Below are positions 10,011 to 19,865 of a stretch of 64,000 nt of DNA, piece by piece (positions within the stretch are counted from its first letter, which is position 1; each line of letters begins with the position of its first letter). Position numbers and translations under genes: made by a program. Source of the DNA: Nitrososphaerota archaeon (GTDB lineage: Archaea > Thermoproteota > Nitrososphaeria > Nitrososphaerales > Nitrosopumilaceae). The stretch is taken from NCBI GenBank assembly GCA_028867755.1, contig JAGWFT010000002.1, positions 192,001 to 256,000 on the forward strand, read 5' to 3'. The notes below the pieces were generated by a model that searched no databases, was not told the origin of the DNA, and saw nothing but the letters and a program-made list of their open reading frames with translations.

Positions 10011-10814
10011 TTATCTGAGGCTTTCTTTGTCGCCATATGATTTTTGGCTTGTCTTGAATACCTTGATGTGATCATAGACTCCAAATGCGAACAATATGTA
10101 TGACCAGAGAAACAAAATATCTATCGGATCTCCCGTGTACACCGAGTTATCAAGTGACAAATACTGAAATCCTGTATCAGCTATTACCTCTACGATGACT
10201 CCAACCAGCATTAAGGACCAAAGAAAGTTCACCTTTCCTCCAAAAAATAACATCACTCCAATAAGAGCTGGCACTAGTACAATTGCGTCTGCAACTGGAT
10301 ACGCTGCGCCTAAATCTATGGACAGCTGATCTTCGCCTGAATTATTGTCAAGTGTCATGTACGTGTTTGGCACAAGCACTGCCACTGCAACCAATGAGGA
10401 AACTATTATCATCTTTCTGGTTATGCCGCCTTTGACAGGTTTTATGTATAATATTGCAAAGATAAAATATGCAGGATATCCTGCCATGTAAAAAACGTCA
10501 GCAAGTGAAGGAAATGGTTTCTGGTGATAGAAAAGCTCCAGTATCGTCCATACAGTTTCTGCGATGAACCACATTGCTGAAAATACAGTAAAAGAGATCC
10601 AAGCTTTTCCATGGCTTCCAGTAATGCCATGTCTTTTTGCAGATATTATGGACAAAACAACTACGGCGCCTGATATTGGCTCAAAGATCCAGTTAGTAAA
10701 GACAATTGCAGTCTCTTTTCCTATAAATTCTGAGACAAGTATTGCAATTCCAGTTGAAACTAGCATGAATAACATGAACCTCTGCTCCCTCAACTTCTGT
10801 ATGGGTGTCATCAA
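10011..10814 (-). CDS. Polytopic membrane protein resembling a stand-alone membrane sensor domain
   Basis: About 7-8 hydrophobic segments; WFIAETVW...PFPSLADVFYMAGYP and YPVAD motifs typical of N-terminal sensor modules; no kinase domain. Confidence 0.6.
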   Translation of the reverse strand: MMTPIQKLREQRFMLFMLVSTGIAILVSEFIGKETAIVFTNWIFEPISGAVVVLSIISAKRHGITGSHGKAWISFTVFSAMWFIAETVWTILELFYHQKPFPSLADVFYMAGYPAYFIFAILYIKPVKGGITRKMIIVSSLVAVAVLVPNTYMTLDNNSGEDQLSIDLGAAYPVADAIVLVPALIGVMLFFGGKVNFLWSLMLVGVIVEVIADTGFQYLSLDNSVYTGDPIDILFLWSYILFAFGVYDHIKVFKTSQKSYGDKESLR

Positions 10815-10819
10815 AACTT

Positions 10820-11128
10820 TCAGACACTAATTCTTGCAATAAATGTGTCTATTCCTTTCTGAGTTTCAAACTCTTCGAGTTGCTTTTTTATTGATTCAAT
10901 TATGGTGGTCGCACAATTACCATAAAGATCTTGTAATGTTTTTTTCAAGTATTCTGGATGTTCATAACAATCAGGAAGATAACATTTGTATTCTTTGCCT
11001 AGTCTTCCTATTACTTCATCATGTGCAGGCTTGCCTATCTTGAAAAGCACAGTCTCTATAGCCAAAGTTACTAGAGCTTTTCGCACATTATAGTCACTTG
11101 AACTCATTCTACCATAACCCCAATCCAT
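10820..11128 (-). CDS. Small thaumarchaeal protein, probable NitrOD5/DUF3227-like output domain
   Basis: L..EY.CYLPDCYEHPEYL...L.DLYG pattern recalled from thaumarchaeal signalling output domains. Confidence 0.5.
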   Translation of the reverse strand: MDWGYGRMSSSDYNVRKALVTLAIETVLFKIGKPAHDEVIGRLGKEYKCYLPDCYEHPEYLKKTLQDLYGNCATTIIESIKKQLEEFETQKGIDTFIARISV

Positions 11129-11286
11129 TCTCCTTTTTATGCTACTTAACTATTTTTAATTCCATTTCTTGGAATTGGCTAAAATATCTCGTTTTTTGAA
11201 TTAATATAAAATAAATTTAATTTTTCAAGTATGTATTATGAAAAAACTTGATAGTGGTGTTGGAAAATAAAAATTAAGATCTGAAT

Positions 11287-11646
11287 TTAAGATGTGCTAA
11301 ACGAGTGACCGCAAGAGCATGACTTGGTCACGTTTGGATTGTTTATCTTAAATCCAGCACCCATTAGGCTCTCAATGTAGTCAATATTTGCACCTTTTAG
11401 ATATTCAGCGCTGTAACTGTCAACAATCATCTTTACGCCATTTTCTTCGATCAAAAGATCATCTTCTTCGGCCTTTTTCTCAAAGCCCATTCCGTAAGAC
11501 AATCCAGAGCATCCTCCACCCTGTACGTAAACTCTCAGAAATTCTGGCTTTTCTGCTTCCTCTTTCATGAAGGCAGATACCTTTTCTGCAGCCTTTGGCG
11601 TGATTGTAACGAGTTTTGCTGCCTGTGTATTGCTCATAAGACACAT
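11287..11646 (-). CDS. erpA: Fe-S cluster A-type carrier (HesB/IscA/ErpA)
   Basis: GGGCSG, GANIDY, NPN, CSCGHSF. Confidence 0.93.
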   Translation of the reverse strand: MCLMSNTQAAKLVTITPKAAEKVSAFMKEEAEKPEFLRVYVQGGGCSGLSYGMGFEKKAEEDDLLIEENGVKMIVDSYSAEYLKGANIDYIESLMGAGFKINNPNVTKSCSCGHSFSTS

Positions 11647-11719
11647 TCATGCTCTAAATTATAATAATCTTTTCATACCGGGCATATTCGGAATTAAATG
11701 GCAAGAACGAGAGTATTTT

Positions 11720-12481
11720 CTATTTCTTTGACTTGTTTACAAATGCAGTCATTCTCTCAGTCCTGTCTGGGTGTGTAAAGCACAGTCCCCATGTGTATAA
11801 TTCCAGTGCAAGACCTGTGTCAATGTCGGCATTTCTACCCTTGTTTATTGCAATTTTTGACATTCTTACTGCCATTGGAGAGTTCTGTGCAATCATTTTT
11901 GCGACATTTGTTGTCTCCTCCATCAGTTTTCCAATCTCTACAACTTTGTTTACAAGGCCCATCTCTTTTGCCTCATCTGACTTTACCATTCTACCAGTAT
12001 AGATCAAATCCTTCGCCTGCGATATTCCGATAATTCTCTGCAGCCTTTGTGTACCGCCCCATCCAGGACAGACACCAATCGTTACCTCTGGCTGGCCCAT
12101 CCTTGCAGTATCGGCAGCTATTCTGATGTCACATGCAAGTGCAAGTTCACATCCGCCACCAAGTGCAAATCCATTTACTGCTGCAATAGTTGGCCTGCTA
12201 CAATTTTCTACTGTATATGTAAGTAGATGGCCAAGCTTTGCATAAGTTTCTGCCTCGATTGGAGTAATTGTTGACATGTATGCAATGTCTGCACCTGCAG
12301 AAAATGCCTTGTCGCCCTCACCTGTAAGAACTACCACCTTTACTGAATCATCTGTCTCTATTTCCTTGAATACCTTGATGATGTCATTTGCAACATCCAT
12401 GTTCATGGCATTGAGCTTGTCTGGTCTGTTTATCTTGATAGTACAAATTCCATCTGATTTTGAGACGATGACAAGAGACAT
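11720..12481 (-). CDS. Enoyl-CoA hydratase; probable 3-hydroxypropionyl-CoA dehydratase/crotonyl-CoA hydratase of the 3HP/4HB cycle
   Basis: [37 protein letters not shown]; adjacent to the ADP-forming synthetase as in N. maritimus Nmar_1308/1309. Confidence 0.85.
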   Translation of the reverse strand: MSLVIVSKSDGICTIKINRPDKLNAMNMDVANDIIKVFKEIETDDSVKVVVLTGEGDKAFSAGADIAYMSTITPIEAETYAKLGHLLTYTVENCSRPTIAAVNGFALGGGCELALACDIRIAADTARMGQPEVTIGVCPGWGGTQRLQRIIGISQAKDLIYTGRMVKSDEAKEMGLVNKVVEIGKLMEETTNVAKMIAQNSPMAVRMSKIAINKGRNADIDTGLALELYTWGLCFTHPDRTERMTAFVNKSKK

Positions 12482-12506
12482 GTTGGGACTCCAAACTATG
12501 AGGAAA

Positions 12507-14639
12507 TTAAACCTTGTCTGGTTTATGTTTTCCCCACTGGTGCAGGGCTGAAGCTGCTGCTACCCAGTTTCTAATATCATCATACACTGGGACACTATGT
12601 TTCTCAATTAGTGCTGATACCTTTTGTGTGTAGGGACCGCCGTTTCCCCCCACAAGCAATGGTTTCTTTCCTTGCTTTGAAAATTCTCCGAGGTAGTCAA
12701 TTATTGTCTCTTCTAGCGGGTCGTCTTGGAAGACAAACCACGGCATTACAATATCGATATTAGGATCGTCCATGAACTTTTGAATTGCATATCTGTAATC
12801 ATCTGCATTTGCACCGCCTGTGACATCAGCAGGGTTGCCGTTTCCAATTACATATGTTGGAGGATAGTGTTCTTTCATCTCTTTTAGTGTGGCCTCTGTT
12901 ACCTTGCCAAGCTCTAGTCCAAATTTTTCAAACTGGTCGATTGCACCAATCATTGGGCCTGCTCCGTTACTTACCAGTGCAACACTTGGACCTTTTGCCG
13001 CAGGTTGCCAAGCCAATCCCTTTACTGCAGATGCAAGTTCTTGGTAGCTGTCTACTGATACGATTCCTGCTTGCTTGAATGCACCCATGATAATTGCGTT
13101 AGAACCGCCAAGTGAACCTGTGTGTGATGCTGCCTGCTTTGCTCCAAGTGTAGTTCTTCCGCTCTTCCATATTATGATGGGCTTTTTCTTTTCTTTCATC
13201 ACACGCTTTGCAGTCTCGATGAATTTGCGGCCATCGCCAAATCCTTCAACATATAGTGCAATTACCTTTGTTTGAGGATCATTTGCCAGGTACCATATCA
13301 TGTCAGCTTCGTCTACATCTGACCTGTTTCCATAGCTGACCATTTTAGAAAGTCCAAATGAATCTGCAGTCTCAAGGAAACTGATTCCCATTGTTCCGCT
13401 CTGTGATAGCAGTGCTACTGGGCCTTGTTTTGCACGTACCATTCTTGCCTGTCCCTGGAATGCACAATCAAGTCTGTTTGCTGCATTGAACATGCCTATG
13501 CAGTTTGGACCAATTATTCTGATTTTATTTTGCTCTGAGAGTCTCTTTATCTCAGCTTCAAATCCTGCTCGCTCTCCTCCAAGTTCCTTTCCTCCACCTG
13601 ATACGATGACAACATTGTGAATTCCTTTCTTTGCACATGTTTGAAGAACTGGTGGAGTAATAGACAGATCAACACATACGACAACAAGGTCTACTGGTTC
13701 TTGTATTGATTCAAGATCTGGATAACACTTGAGTCCTAGGATCTCTTCTGCTTTTGGATTAATTGGATATACCTTGCCTTTGTAATCGTGCTTTGCAATG
13801 CTATCAAGAACAGAGTTACCAACCTTTCCAGGTGTGGCAGAAGCTCCAACAAGTGCAACTGATTGTGGAGTGAAAAATGCCTCCATGAATTCAATGTTGG
13901 GCTGGTCTTTGGAAATTGCATTCTTTTTTACCTCTTTTCTTAGAATTATCTTTGCATCAACAACATAGTATGACTTTGGATACACCACAATTGGATTGAA
14001 ATCAACACTGTCAAAATAGTCTGCATTGTCTACTCCTACTTTTCCAATCTGTACTAGTGCCTTTGCAAGCATGTTCAGGTCTACTGGCTTGCTGCCTCTA
14101 TACCCCTGGAGTATCTTGGAGCCCTTTAATTCTGCAAGCATTGATTTTGCATCATCAATGCTAATTGGGAGCATTCTAAATGCAACATCTTTGAATATTT
14201 CAGTCAAGATTCCCCCAAGTCCTACCATTATGACAGGACCAAACTGTGGGTCGTTTTGTAATCCTACAATAAGTTCTATTCCTTGCGGAACCATTTTTTC
14301 AAGCAGGATTCCTTTTAGCTCTACACCTTTCTTCTTGGATAGTCTTGAATACATGTCAGTAAATGCTTTTTTGACCTCTTTTTCATTTTGTAGCCCAACC
14401 TTTACTCCACCGACATCAGTCTTGTGAAGAATCTGTGGCGACACTACTTTCATGACAAGTGGGTATCCAATCTTTTTAGCTGCACGGGTTGCCTCCTTTG
14501 CGTTTTTTACTAGTGCATATCCTGGAACTTTGATTCCATATTTTTTCAAAACTGATTTTGAGAGCTCTTCTGTGATTACCTTATGATCTGTTGATATTGT
14601 CTGTTCAAAAATTTTTGTAACCGTACTCAAAGCGAACAC
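12507..14639 (-). CDS. ADP-forming acyl-CoA synthetase (ATP-grasp then CoA-binding); probable 3-hydroxypropionyl-CoA synthetase
   Basis: [35 protein letters not shown], phospho-His in AASHTGSL. Confidence 0.85.
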   Translation of the reverse strand: MFALSTVTKIFEQTISTDHKVITEELSKSVLKKYGIKVPGYALVKNAKEATRAAKKIGYPLVMKVVSPQILHKTDVGGVKVGLQNEKEVKKAFTDMYSRLSKKKGVELKGILLEKMVPQGIELIVGLQNDPQFGPVIMVGLGGILTEIFKDVAFRMLPISIDDAKSMLAELKGSKILQGYRGSKPVDLNMLAKALVQIGKVGVDNADYFDSVDFNPIVVYPKSYYVVDAKIILRKEVKKNAISKDQPNIEFMEAFFTPQSVALVGASATPGKVGNSVLDSIAKHDYKGKVYPINPKAEEILGLKCYPDLESIQEPVDLVVVCVDLSITPPVLQTCAKKGIHNVVIVSGGGKELGGERAGFEAEIKRLSEQNKIRIIGPNCIGMFNAANRLDCAFQGQARMVRAKQGPVALLSQSGTMGISFLETADSFGLSKMVSYGNRSDVDEADMIWYLANDPQTKVIALYVEGFGDGRKFIETAKRVMKEKKKPIIIWKSGRTTLGAKQAASHTGSLGGSNAIIMGAFKQAGIVSVDSYQELASAVKGLAWQPAAKGPSVALVSNGAGPMIGAIDQFEKFGLELGKVTEATLKEMKEHYPPTYVIGNGNPADVTGGANADDYRYAIQKFMDDPNIDIVMPWFVFQDDPLEETIIDYLGEFSKQGKKPLLVGGNGGPYTQKVSALIEKHSVPVYDDIRNWVAAASALHQWGKHKPDKV

Positions 14640-14715
14640 TCCTTTTTATCTGCACAGAACATGGTCTGAATTCTAGTTTGAAGCATAATAACGAGATCCG
14701 AGTCTTGATGTCATT

Positions 14716-14733
14716 ATATTAAACTTTTGTCAA
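14716..14733 (-). promoter_or_regulatory. BRE/TATA-like promoter of the synthetase-dehydratase-erpA operon
   Basis: Minus strand reads ttgacaaaag-tttaatat: purine-rich BRE followed by a TATA box. Confidence 0.5.
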
Positions 14734-15279
14734 TGTGTGGGAAATAGTTTTAACTCAAATTCTCCTTTAGTCTATATTTTACAATTTTCTTTACTACATC
14801 AAATGGAATCTCCTTATCTATCGGAAATTGGACAGACCCTTTTGCTTGCTTATATGGAGATAACTCTTTTTTGAAAGCAATGATTGCTGATGGAGTGGGA
14901 TAAAACCCAATATGATTCTTGAATGCTGCGAAATGCACCAAGTTGCCATTGAGCTTGAATGTAGGTATTCCATAATTTATCGTCTCTTCAGCTTTAGGTG
15001 CAGATTCACTGATTACATATCTTAGTTTTTTTAAAATATCTTGGACATTTTTTGGAAACGTAGCGATATATTCGTCCATGGTTTTAAATTGTTTTCTGGG
15101 CGTGGTCATGTTATTCTTTTTATAAATTAAAATTTATAAATACGATGTTTTTGTAACGGGAAGAATTCTATACAACTGCTGTATCATTGTTTTTCCTAGT
15201 GATATTACAGCAAGGATGAAGACAATTGAGAATTTAATTGAGTTTAAGAGTGTGTAATACGTCATTAAACTTTTGTCAA
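14719..15279. repeat. 15-bp perfect direct repeat TTAAACTTTTGTCAA flanking the DUF1801 gene
   Basis: Copies at 14719-14733 and 15265-15279. Confidence 0.7.
14750..15109 (-). CDS. DUF1801/YdhG-like protein
   Basis: DEYIATFP, ETINYGIPTF, VHFAAFKNHIGFYP, KGSVQFP. Confidence 0.88.
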   Translation of the reverse strand: MTTPRKQFKTMDEYIATFPKNVQDILKKLRYVISESAPKAEETINYGIPTFKLNGNLVHFAAFKNHIGFYPTPSAIIAFKKELSPYKQAKGSVQFPIDKEIPFDVVKKIVKYRLKENLS

Positions 15280-15401
15280 AATGAGGAAAAAATATATCTT
15301 AAACCAAAAAGATCCTGTCTTGTCATATCACCATGATTTTTCATTTGCAACACCTAAAGGTAACCCCACAACAAAGGTAAATTTGTGTACAGAGAATTTT
15401 A

Positions 15402-16760
15402 TTATCTTATCTGAATTATTCCATTATTAATCAAATACTGTATTGCTTTAATAAATTCACTATCAGATACCTGTCCATCTGCCCACCATTTAGCAGTACT
15501 CTTAACCCATTGTGGAATTTGCTGTGATGTAGAGTTAGTTGCCGTAGCTTGAGGAATCTGAATTATTCCTTTTTGAATAAGATATTGAATTCCTTTCGCA
15601 AAATCAGAATCCCCAACAGACCCCTCTGCCCACCATTTGGCATTGTTCTTAACCCAGGAAGGCATGGTTATACTTGTCTGTGCTGTAGTAAGGGAGGTAG
15701 AGTTTTTCTGTTCAAGAACCGTGTTATTGTTCTGTTCTATGATTGTTTGGTTTTGGTTCTGATCTTGAAGTGTGGAGATAGATGCTAGCCAATCTACTGT
15801 ATCACTTACGGCTTGATTTTCAAAGCCTTGAAAATCATGTACATTACCACTTGTTGCAGTAGTGTAGATCTTCAAGTCTGCCTTTGGACTAGATGTAGCA
15901 TTACCATAGTACCACTGATCCCACTTTAGAAGATTATCATTTTGGTGAACCAGCACTAGGACTGGAACAGACACAGAATGCATTGTTTTAACTGAATCCA
16001 GATTACTGTCAGGTCCAATCCAACTGAGCCATGTTCTAGCAGAGAAAGGAGTGGGTGAAGGTGTGGAAGGTCCTGGTGGAAATATTGAACCAGTATAGAC
16101 GATTTGGTCACCCGAACCCTTGGCAACCAGATCAGTCGCTTGATTTGTGATTTTATTGTATTGTTGCGTACCAAGAGCGTGCGGGGCCGAATGTTTGAAA
16201 ACCGACGCAGCAGCATACAACCCTATTGCCACAATAGATGGGTCTCTGGTTTGAGCTTGGTAGTAGATAACCTCATGAGCACCATCGCTGTGTCCTGCAA
16301 GGAAGATGCTATTGTACCCTTGCTCTTTCATGAATTTCACTGCAGATGCAATATCCTTTACAGAATCTTCGAATACAGAAGTTGGGAAGTTATGAGATCG
16401 TGTCATATCAAGCGAGAGAACAGTAAAGCCTTTCGAAGACAAAAGGTTTGGAATGGAGTTGAAAAACGGCTCATTGATGTTGCCCTGAAAACCCCCATGA
16501 ATCAGAATTATGCCGATCTTCGTGGTTCCAGATGATGGAGTATTTAGCAGACCAGTCATCTGGACTCCGTCTCCACGTGGAAAATTTACTTGCTGGGAAG
16601 AAACACTGATAGCTGCAGAGGACTTTACTAAAGGGTAAGGCGACAGAAAAAGTAAAGATATGACTAGAATTGTCTGGACTGTACGATTTAGTTGTAGCCT
16701 CACTTTGACTCTGTTCAATCTGGGCATGTGAATTATTTTATCTTTCCGTGGATAGAACAC
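15402..16760 (-). CDS. Exported alpha/beta hydrolase with two C-terminal thaumarchaeal P.W.K..A.WW surface domains
   Basis: Signal-like hydrophobic stretch, IHGG, nucleophile GHSDG, QNDN, VHDF; Q/N/T linker; two PxWVKxxAKWWAxG...IQYLI..GII repeats. Confidence 0.8.
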   Translation of the reverse strand: MFYPRKDKIIHMPRLNRVKVRLQLNRTVQTILVISLLFLSPYPLVKSSAAISVSSQQVNFPRGDGVQMTGLLNTPSSGTTKIGIILIHGGFQGNINEPFFNSIPNLLSSKGFTVLSLDMTRSHNFPTSVFEDSVKDIASAVKFMKEQGYNSIFLAGHSDGAHEVIYYQAQTRDPSIVAIGLYAAASVFKHSAPHALGTQQYNKITNQATDLVAKGSGDQIVYTGSIFPPGPSTPSPTPFSARTWLSWIGPDSNLDSVKTMHSVSVPVLVLVHQNDNLLKWDQWYYGNATSSPKADLKIYTTATSGNVHDFQGFENQAVSDTVDWLASISTLQDQNQNQTIIEQNNNTVLEQKNSTSLTTAQTSITMPSWVKNNAKWWAEGSVGDSDFAKGIQYLIQKGIIQIPQATATNSTSQQIPQWVKSTAKWWADGQVSDSEFIKAIQYLINNGIIQIR

Positions 16761-16836
16761 AATGTAATGGGAAAGTATGAGATCTATACAATGTTGGATT
16801 TATAACAAGAGAGTTTAATATGGAATTAAAATTTTA

Positions 16837-17523
16837 TTAAAGCTTAAACTCTGACTTGAAATTTTGGTAAAATGCTTGCATGTTGTTTTGTACGGCATCA
16901 ATGTTTTCAGGAATGCCCTTGAGTATGTCTTCAGGCTTGATGTATGGTACTGTACTTAGCTCTTCTTTTGATTTATCGAGCCACAACTGTATTGTAGATT
17001 GGTCTACCTCAAGATGAAACTGTATCCCTACTGCGCTTCCAATCTTTATTGCTTGATTCTGGTAATCTTTCGAGTGTGCAAGCCTGATCGCATTTTTGGG
17101 CAGAGAAAACGTATCTCCGTGCCAATGAAATACAGTGGCAGGACTTGATATTCCCTGAAACAGTCTTGACTCTGTATGCTCAAACTTGATATCATGGTAG
17201 AACCCAATCTCTTTTCTCTTGCCTTGGTAGACCGTGGCGCCAAACGCCTTGGCAATAAGCTGCGATCCAAGGCATATTCCTAGAACCGGTATATCCTTTT
17301 TGACCGAGTCTTGGATCAAAGCCAACTCTTCTTTCAGGTAAGGGAGGTCATCGTTTGCACTCTCAGGGGCACCAAGTATTACTATAACACGCGGGTTAAT
17401 GGACGGAATTTTTTCTTTCTTGGCAAGAACTGTTGTGATTCCAAAACCGTCTTTTTCAAACAACCTGCCAAGTGTGGCAATCCCTTCATTTCTTGTATTT
17501 TGTATTACCAGTACATCTGACAC
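16837..17523 (-). CDS. Class I glutamine amidotransferase (GMP synthase-like, stand-alone)
   Basis: VLGICLGSQL, FHWHGDTF, QFHLE triad. Confidence 0.9.
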   Translation of the reverse strand: MSDVLVIQNTRNEGIATLGRLFEKDGFGITTVLAKKEKIPSINPRVIVILGAPESANDDLPYLKEELALIQDSVKKDIPVLGICLGSQLIAKAFGATVYQGKRKEIGFYHDIKFEHTESRLFQGISSPATVFHWHGDTFSLPKNAIRLAHSKDYQNQAIKIGSAVGIQFHLEVDQSTIQLWLDKSKEELSTVPYIKPEDILKGIPENIDAVQNNMQAFYQNFKSEFKL

Positions 17524-17572
17524 GAATAAATTTTTGAAAATTGCTTAATATGTTTTAGTTCCAAGTGGTATT

Positions 17573-17983
17573 ATGGACATAGACGAGTCAGAAATATCCG
17601 ATATACGGGATTTTATCGAGTCTCTTAACTCAAAAAAAGACAGCATCGTAGTAGTGGAGGGAAAAAGAGACGAGGATGCTTTGAAGAAACTTGGGTTTTC
17701 TGGTAACGTCTGCCAGTTTCATAACTTCAAGGGACTGGTAAAATTTGTAGACTCGATGCCTTGGTCCAAGACTTTGATCATATTGCTTGACTTGGACAGG
17801 AAAGGGTCGTATCTTACCAAAAGAATAATCACTCATCTTGCACATCGCATGACAGTTGATCTATCTTTTAGGCGCAAGCTTGTCGTAATAACAAAAGGCA
17901 AGGTACGTCATATCGAGGATCTGTCTTTGTACTCTGAGGCATTCAATAAGCACTTATATCTGCCCTTTGGGAACCTTAAGTGA
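17573..17983 (+). CDS. Small TOPRIM-domain protein (RNase M5-like)
   Basis: VVVEGKRDEDAL and LLDLDRKG TOPRIM motifs. Confidence 0.85.
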   Translation: MDIDESEISDIRDFIESLNSKKDSIVVVEGKRDEDALKKLGFSGNVCQFHNFKGLVKFVDSMPWSKTLIILLDLDRKGSYLTKRIITHLAHRMTVDLSFRRKLVVITKGKVRHIEDLSLYSEAFNKHLYLPFGNLK

Positions 17984-18005
17984 TAAAAATTAAGAGGTTA
18001 ATGAA

Positions 18006-19151
18006 TTGCCATATAGTGGAATTGTCAAGTATCACGTTAAGCTCAGCTTTGACGTCGATGGACTCGTTGAAAAAGCAGATATCATAGGAGCAATTTTTGG
18101 CCAAACAGAAGGACTGCTAGGGCCAGAGATGAATCTAAACGAACTCCAGAAGGTGTCAAAGGTAGGACGAATAGAGGTCAACACTACGAGTACGACTAAT
18201 CAAACAAAAGGAGATGCCTTGATTCCTATGAGTACTGATATCAACACTGCTGCACTTATTGCAGCTGCAATAGAAAGTATTGATAAAGTAGGTCCATTCC
18301 AGGCGCACTTTAAACTCGAAGCAATAGAAGATGTTCGCTCTGCAAAAAAGAAAGAGATTGTTGACAGGGCAAAACAGATTGTCCAGAAATGGTCAACAAA
18401 GACAATTAGCGAAGGAGAGGAGATGCTAAAGGATGTTCAAGAGGTAACATCATCTGGAAAACTTGTTACATTTGGAAAAGAAAAACTTGCATGCGGTTCT
18501 GGTGTCTTTGACGCACCATGGGTGATTCTAGTAGAAGGAAGAGCAGATGTGATAAATCTATTACGAGCAGGCTTTGATAACGCACTTGCAATAGAGGGAG
18601 CAAGAATTGACGAGTCTATCAAGTCACTTTGCGAATCAAAGCAAAAAGTTGTAGCATTTCTTGACGGTGACAGAGCAGGAGGCTTTATACTAAAAGAATT
18701 AAAATCACTTGTAAATGTTGATGTGGTGCACCGCGCGCCAGAGGGTGTAGAAGTAGAAGAACTTACTCCAATACAGATTGCTGAGATCCTAAAGGATACG
18801 GCAGAAGAGATGAAAAAAGAGACTGCCAAACCAAAACTCCAGGATCCAAAAGACGAGCCAATTGCAAATATTGTGAAAAAAGTATATGCTGATCTTAACG
18901 AGTCACTTGAGGCAGTAGCGCTAGATGAGGGACTCAATAGTGTATTCAAGGTGCCTGTAAGCGAGATAGTATCAAAACTTTCTCCAGGTTCTGGAATAAA
19001 GTACCTTGTGTTAGACGGTATCATAACACAGAGACTCGTTGACTCGGCAAAACAAGCAGGAATAGAGTGTATCGTAGGACACAGGAGTGCCAACCTTAAA
19101 TCAGCAGATGGGTTGACACTGAAAACATTTACAGAGCTTGGTATTGCATAA
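18006..19151 (+). CDS. dnaG: Archaeal DnaG (bacterial-type primase / exosome-associated)
   Basis: DIIGAIFGQTEGLLG, GRIEV, VEGRADV, FLDGDRAG, DGIITQRLVD; TTG start. Confidence 0.95.
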   Translation: MPYSGIVKYHVKLSFDVDGLVEKADIIGAIFGQTEGLLGPEMNLNELQKVSKVGRIEVNTTSTTNQTKGDALIPMSTDINTAALIAAAIESIDKVGPFQAHFKLEAIEDVRSAKKKEIVDRAKQIVQKWSTKTISEGEEMLKDVQEVTSSGKLVTFGKEKLACGSGVFDAPWVILVEGRADVINLLRAGFDNALAIEGARIDESIKSLCESKQKVVAFLDGDRAGGFILKELKSLVNVDVVHRAPEGVEVEELTPIQIAEILKDTAEEMKKETAKPKLQDPKDEPIANIVKKVYADLNESLEAVALDEGLNSVFKVPVSEIVSKLSPGSGIKYLVLDGIITQRLVDSAKQAGIECIVGHRSANLKSADGLTLKTFTELGIA

Positions 19152-19156
19152 AATCA

Positions 19157-19852
19157 ATGCCGGAACTTAAACTACAACACATACTAACACTTGCAGAATT
19201 ATTCGCCAAGGGTGCTCGTTACAATTTCATTCCAATAACAACCTCGTCTCTTGGAAAAAGCATCCACAAGTCTCAGCAAGCTGCATCAAAACATCTCTTG
19301 GAACTGGAATCAGATGGATATATTGAGAGGTTAAGGACTGGACCCAAAGTATCAGTCAGGATTACGACCAAGGGACATGCAGAAATGTCAAAAATTTTTT
19401 CTGCACTAAAATCAAGTCTTGAAACCTTTCCATCATATGTAGAGTTCAAAGGTGTAATAATTTCCGGGATGGGAGAGGGGGCGTACTATATGTCAATGAA
19501 AGGATATACAAAACAATTCAAGTCAAAGCTTGGATACATTCCATTTCCTGGAACACTAAACGTAAAACTAAAAGACCGTGAGTTTATCGAAGCAAAACGA
19601 TCACTTGATGTACATCCTGCAATAATGGTAAACGGTTTTTCTGATGGCAAGCGAACCTATGGCTGGGTCAAGTGCTATCCTGCAAAGGTTAACAATATTG
19701 TGGATGCTGCACTGATTTTGCTTGAAAGAACACACCACGATGATTCCATAATAGAGCTCATCTCAAAAGAGAACATCAAAAAATCGATAAAACTTTCAAC
19801 AGGTTCTCAGGTTACGATTCGGGTAAATGTAAAACCCAAAACTATACAGTGA
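19157..19852 (+). CDS. ribK: CTP-dependent riboflavin kinase with N-terminal wHTH (RbkR type)
   Basis: SQQAASKHL HTH; SGMGEGAYY, PFPGTLNV, LERTHH. Confidence 0.92.
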   Translation: MPELKLQHILTLAELFAKGARYNFIPITTSSLGKSIHKSQQAASKHLLELESDGYIERLRTGPKVSVRITTKGHAEMSKIFSALKSSLETFPSYVEFKGVIISGMGEGAYYMSMKGYTKQFKSKLGYIPFPGTLNVKLKDREFIEAKRSLDVHPAIMVNGFSDGKRTYGWVKCYPAKVNNIVDAALILLERTHHDDSIIELISKENIKKSIKLSTGSQVTIRVNVKPKTIQ

Positions 19853-19865
19853 TTATACATCAAAC

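Noticed and set aside
11158-11176. AATTCCA-N5-TGGAATT inverted repeat
   Set aside because: Single copy in a very AT-rich gap; no second instance found
15134-15265. 43-aa hydrophobic ORF on the minus strand
   Set aside because: No homology recognisable; mentioned only as part of the direct-repeat finding
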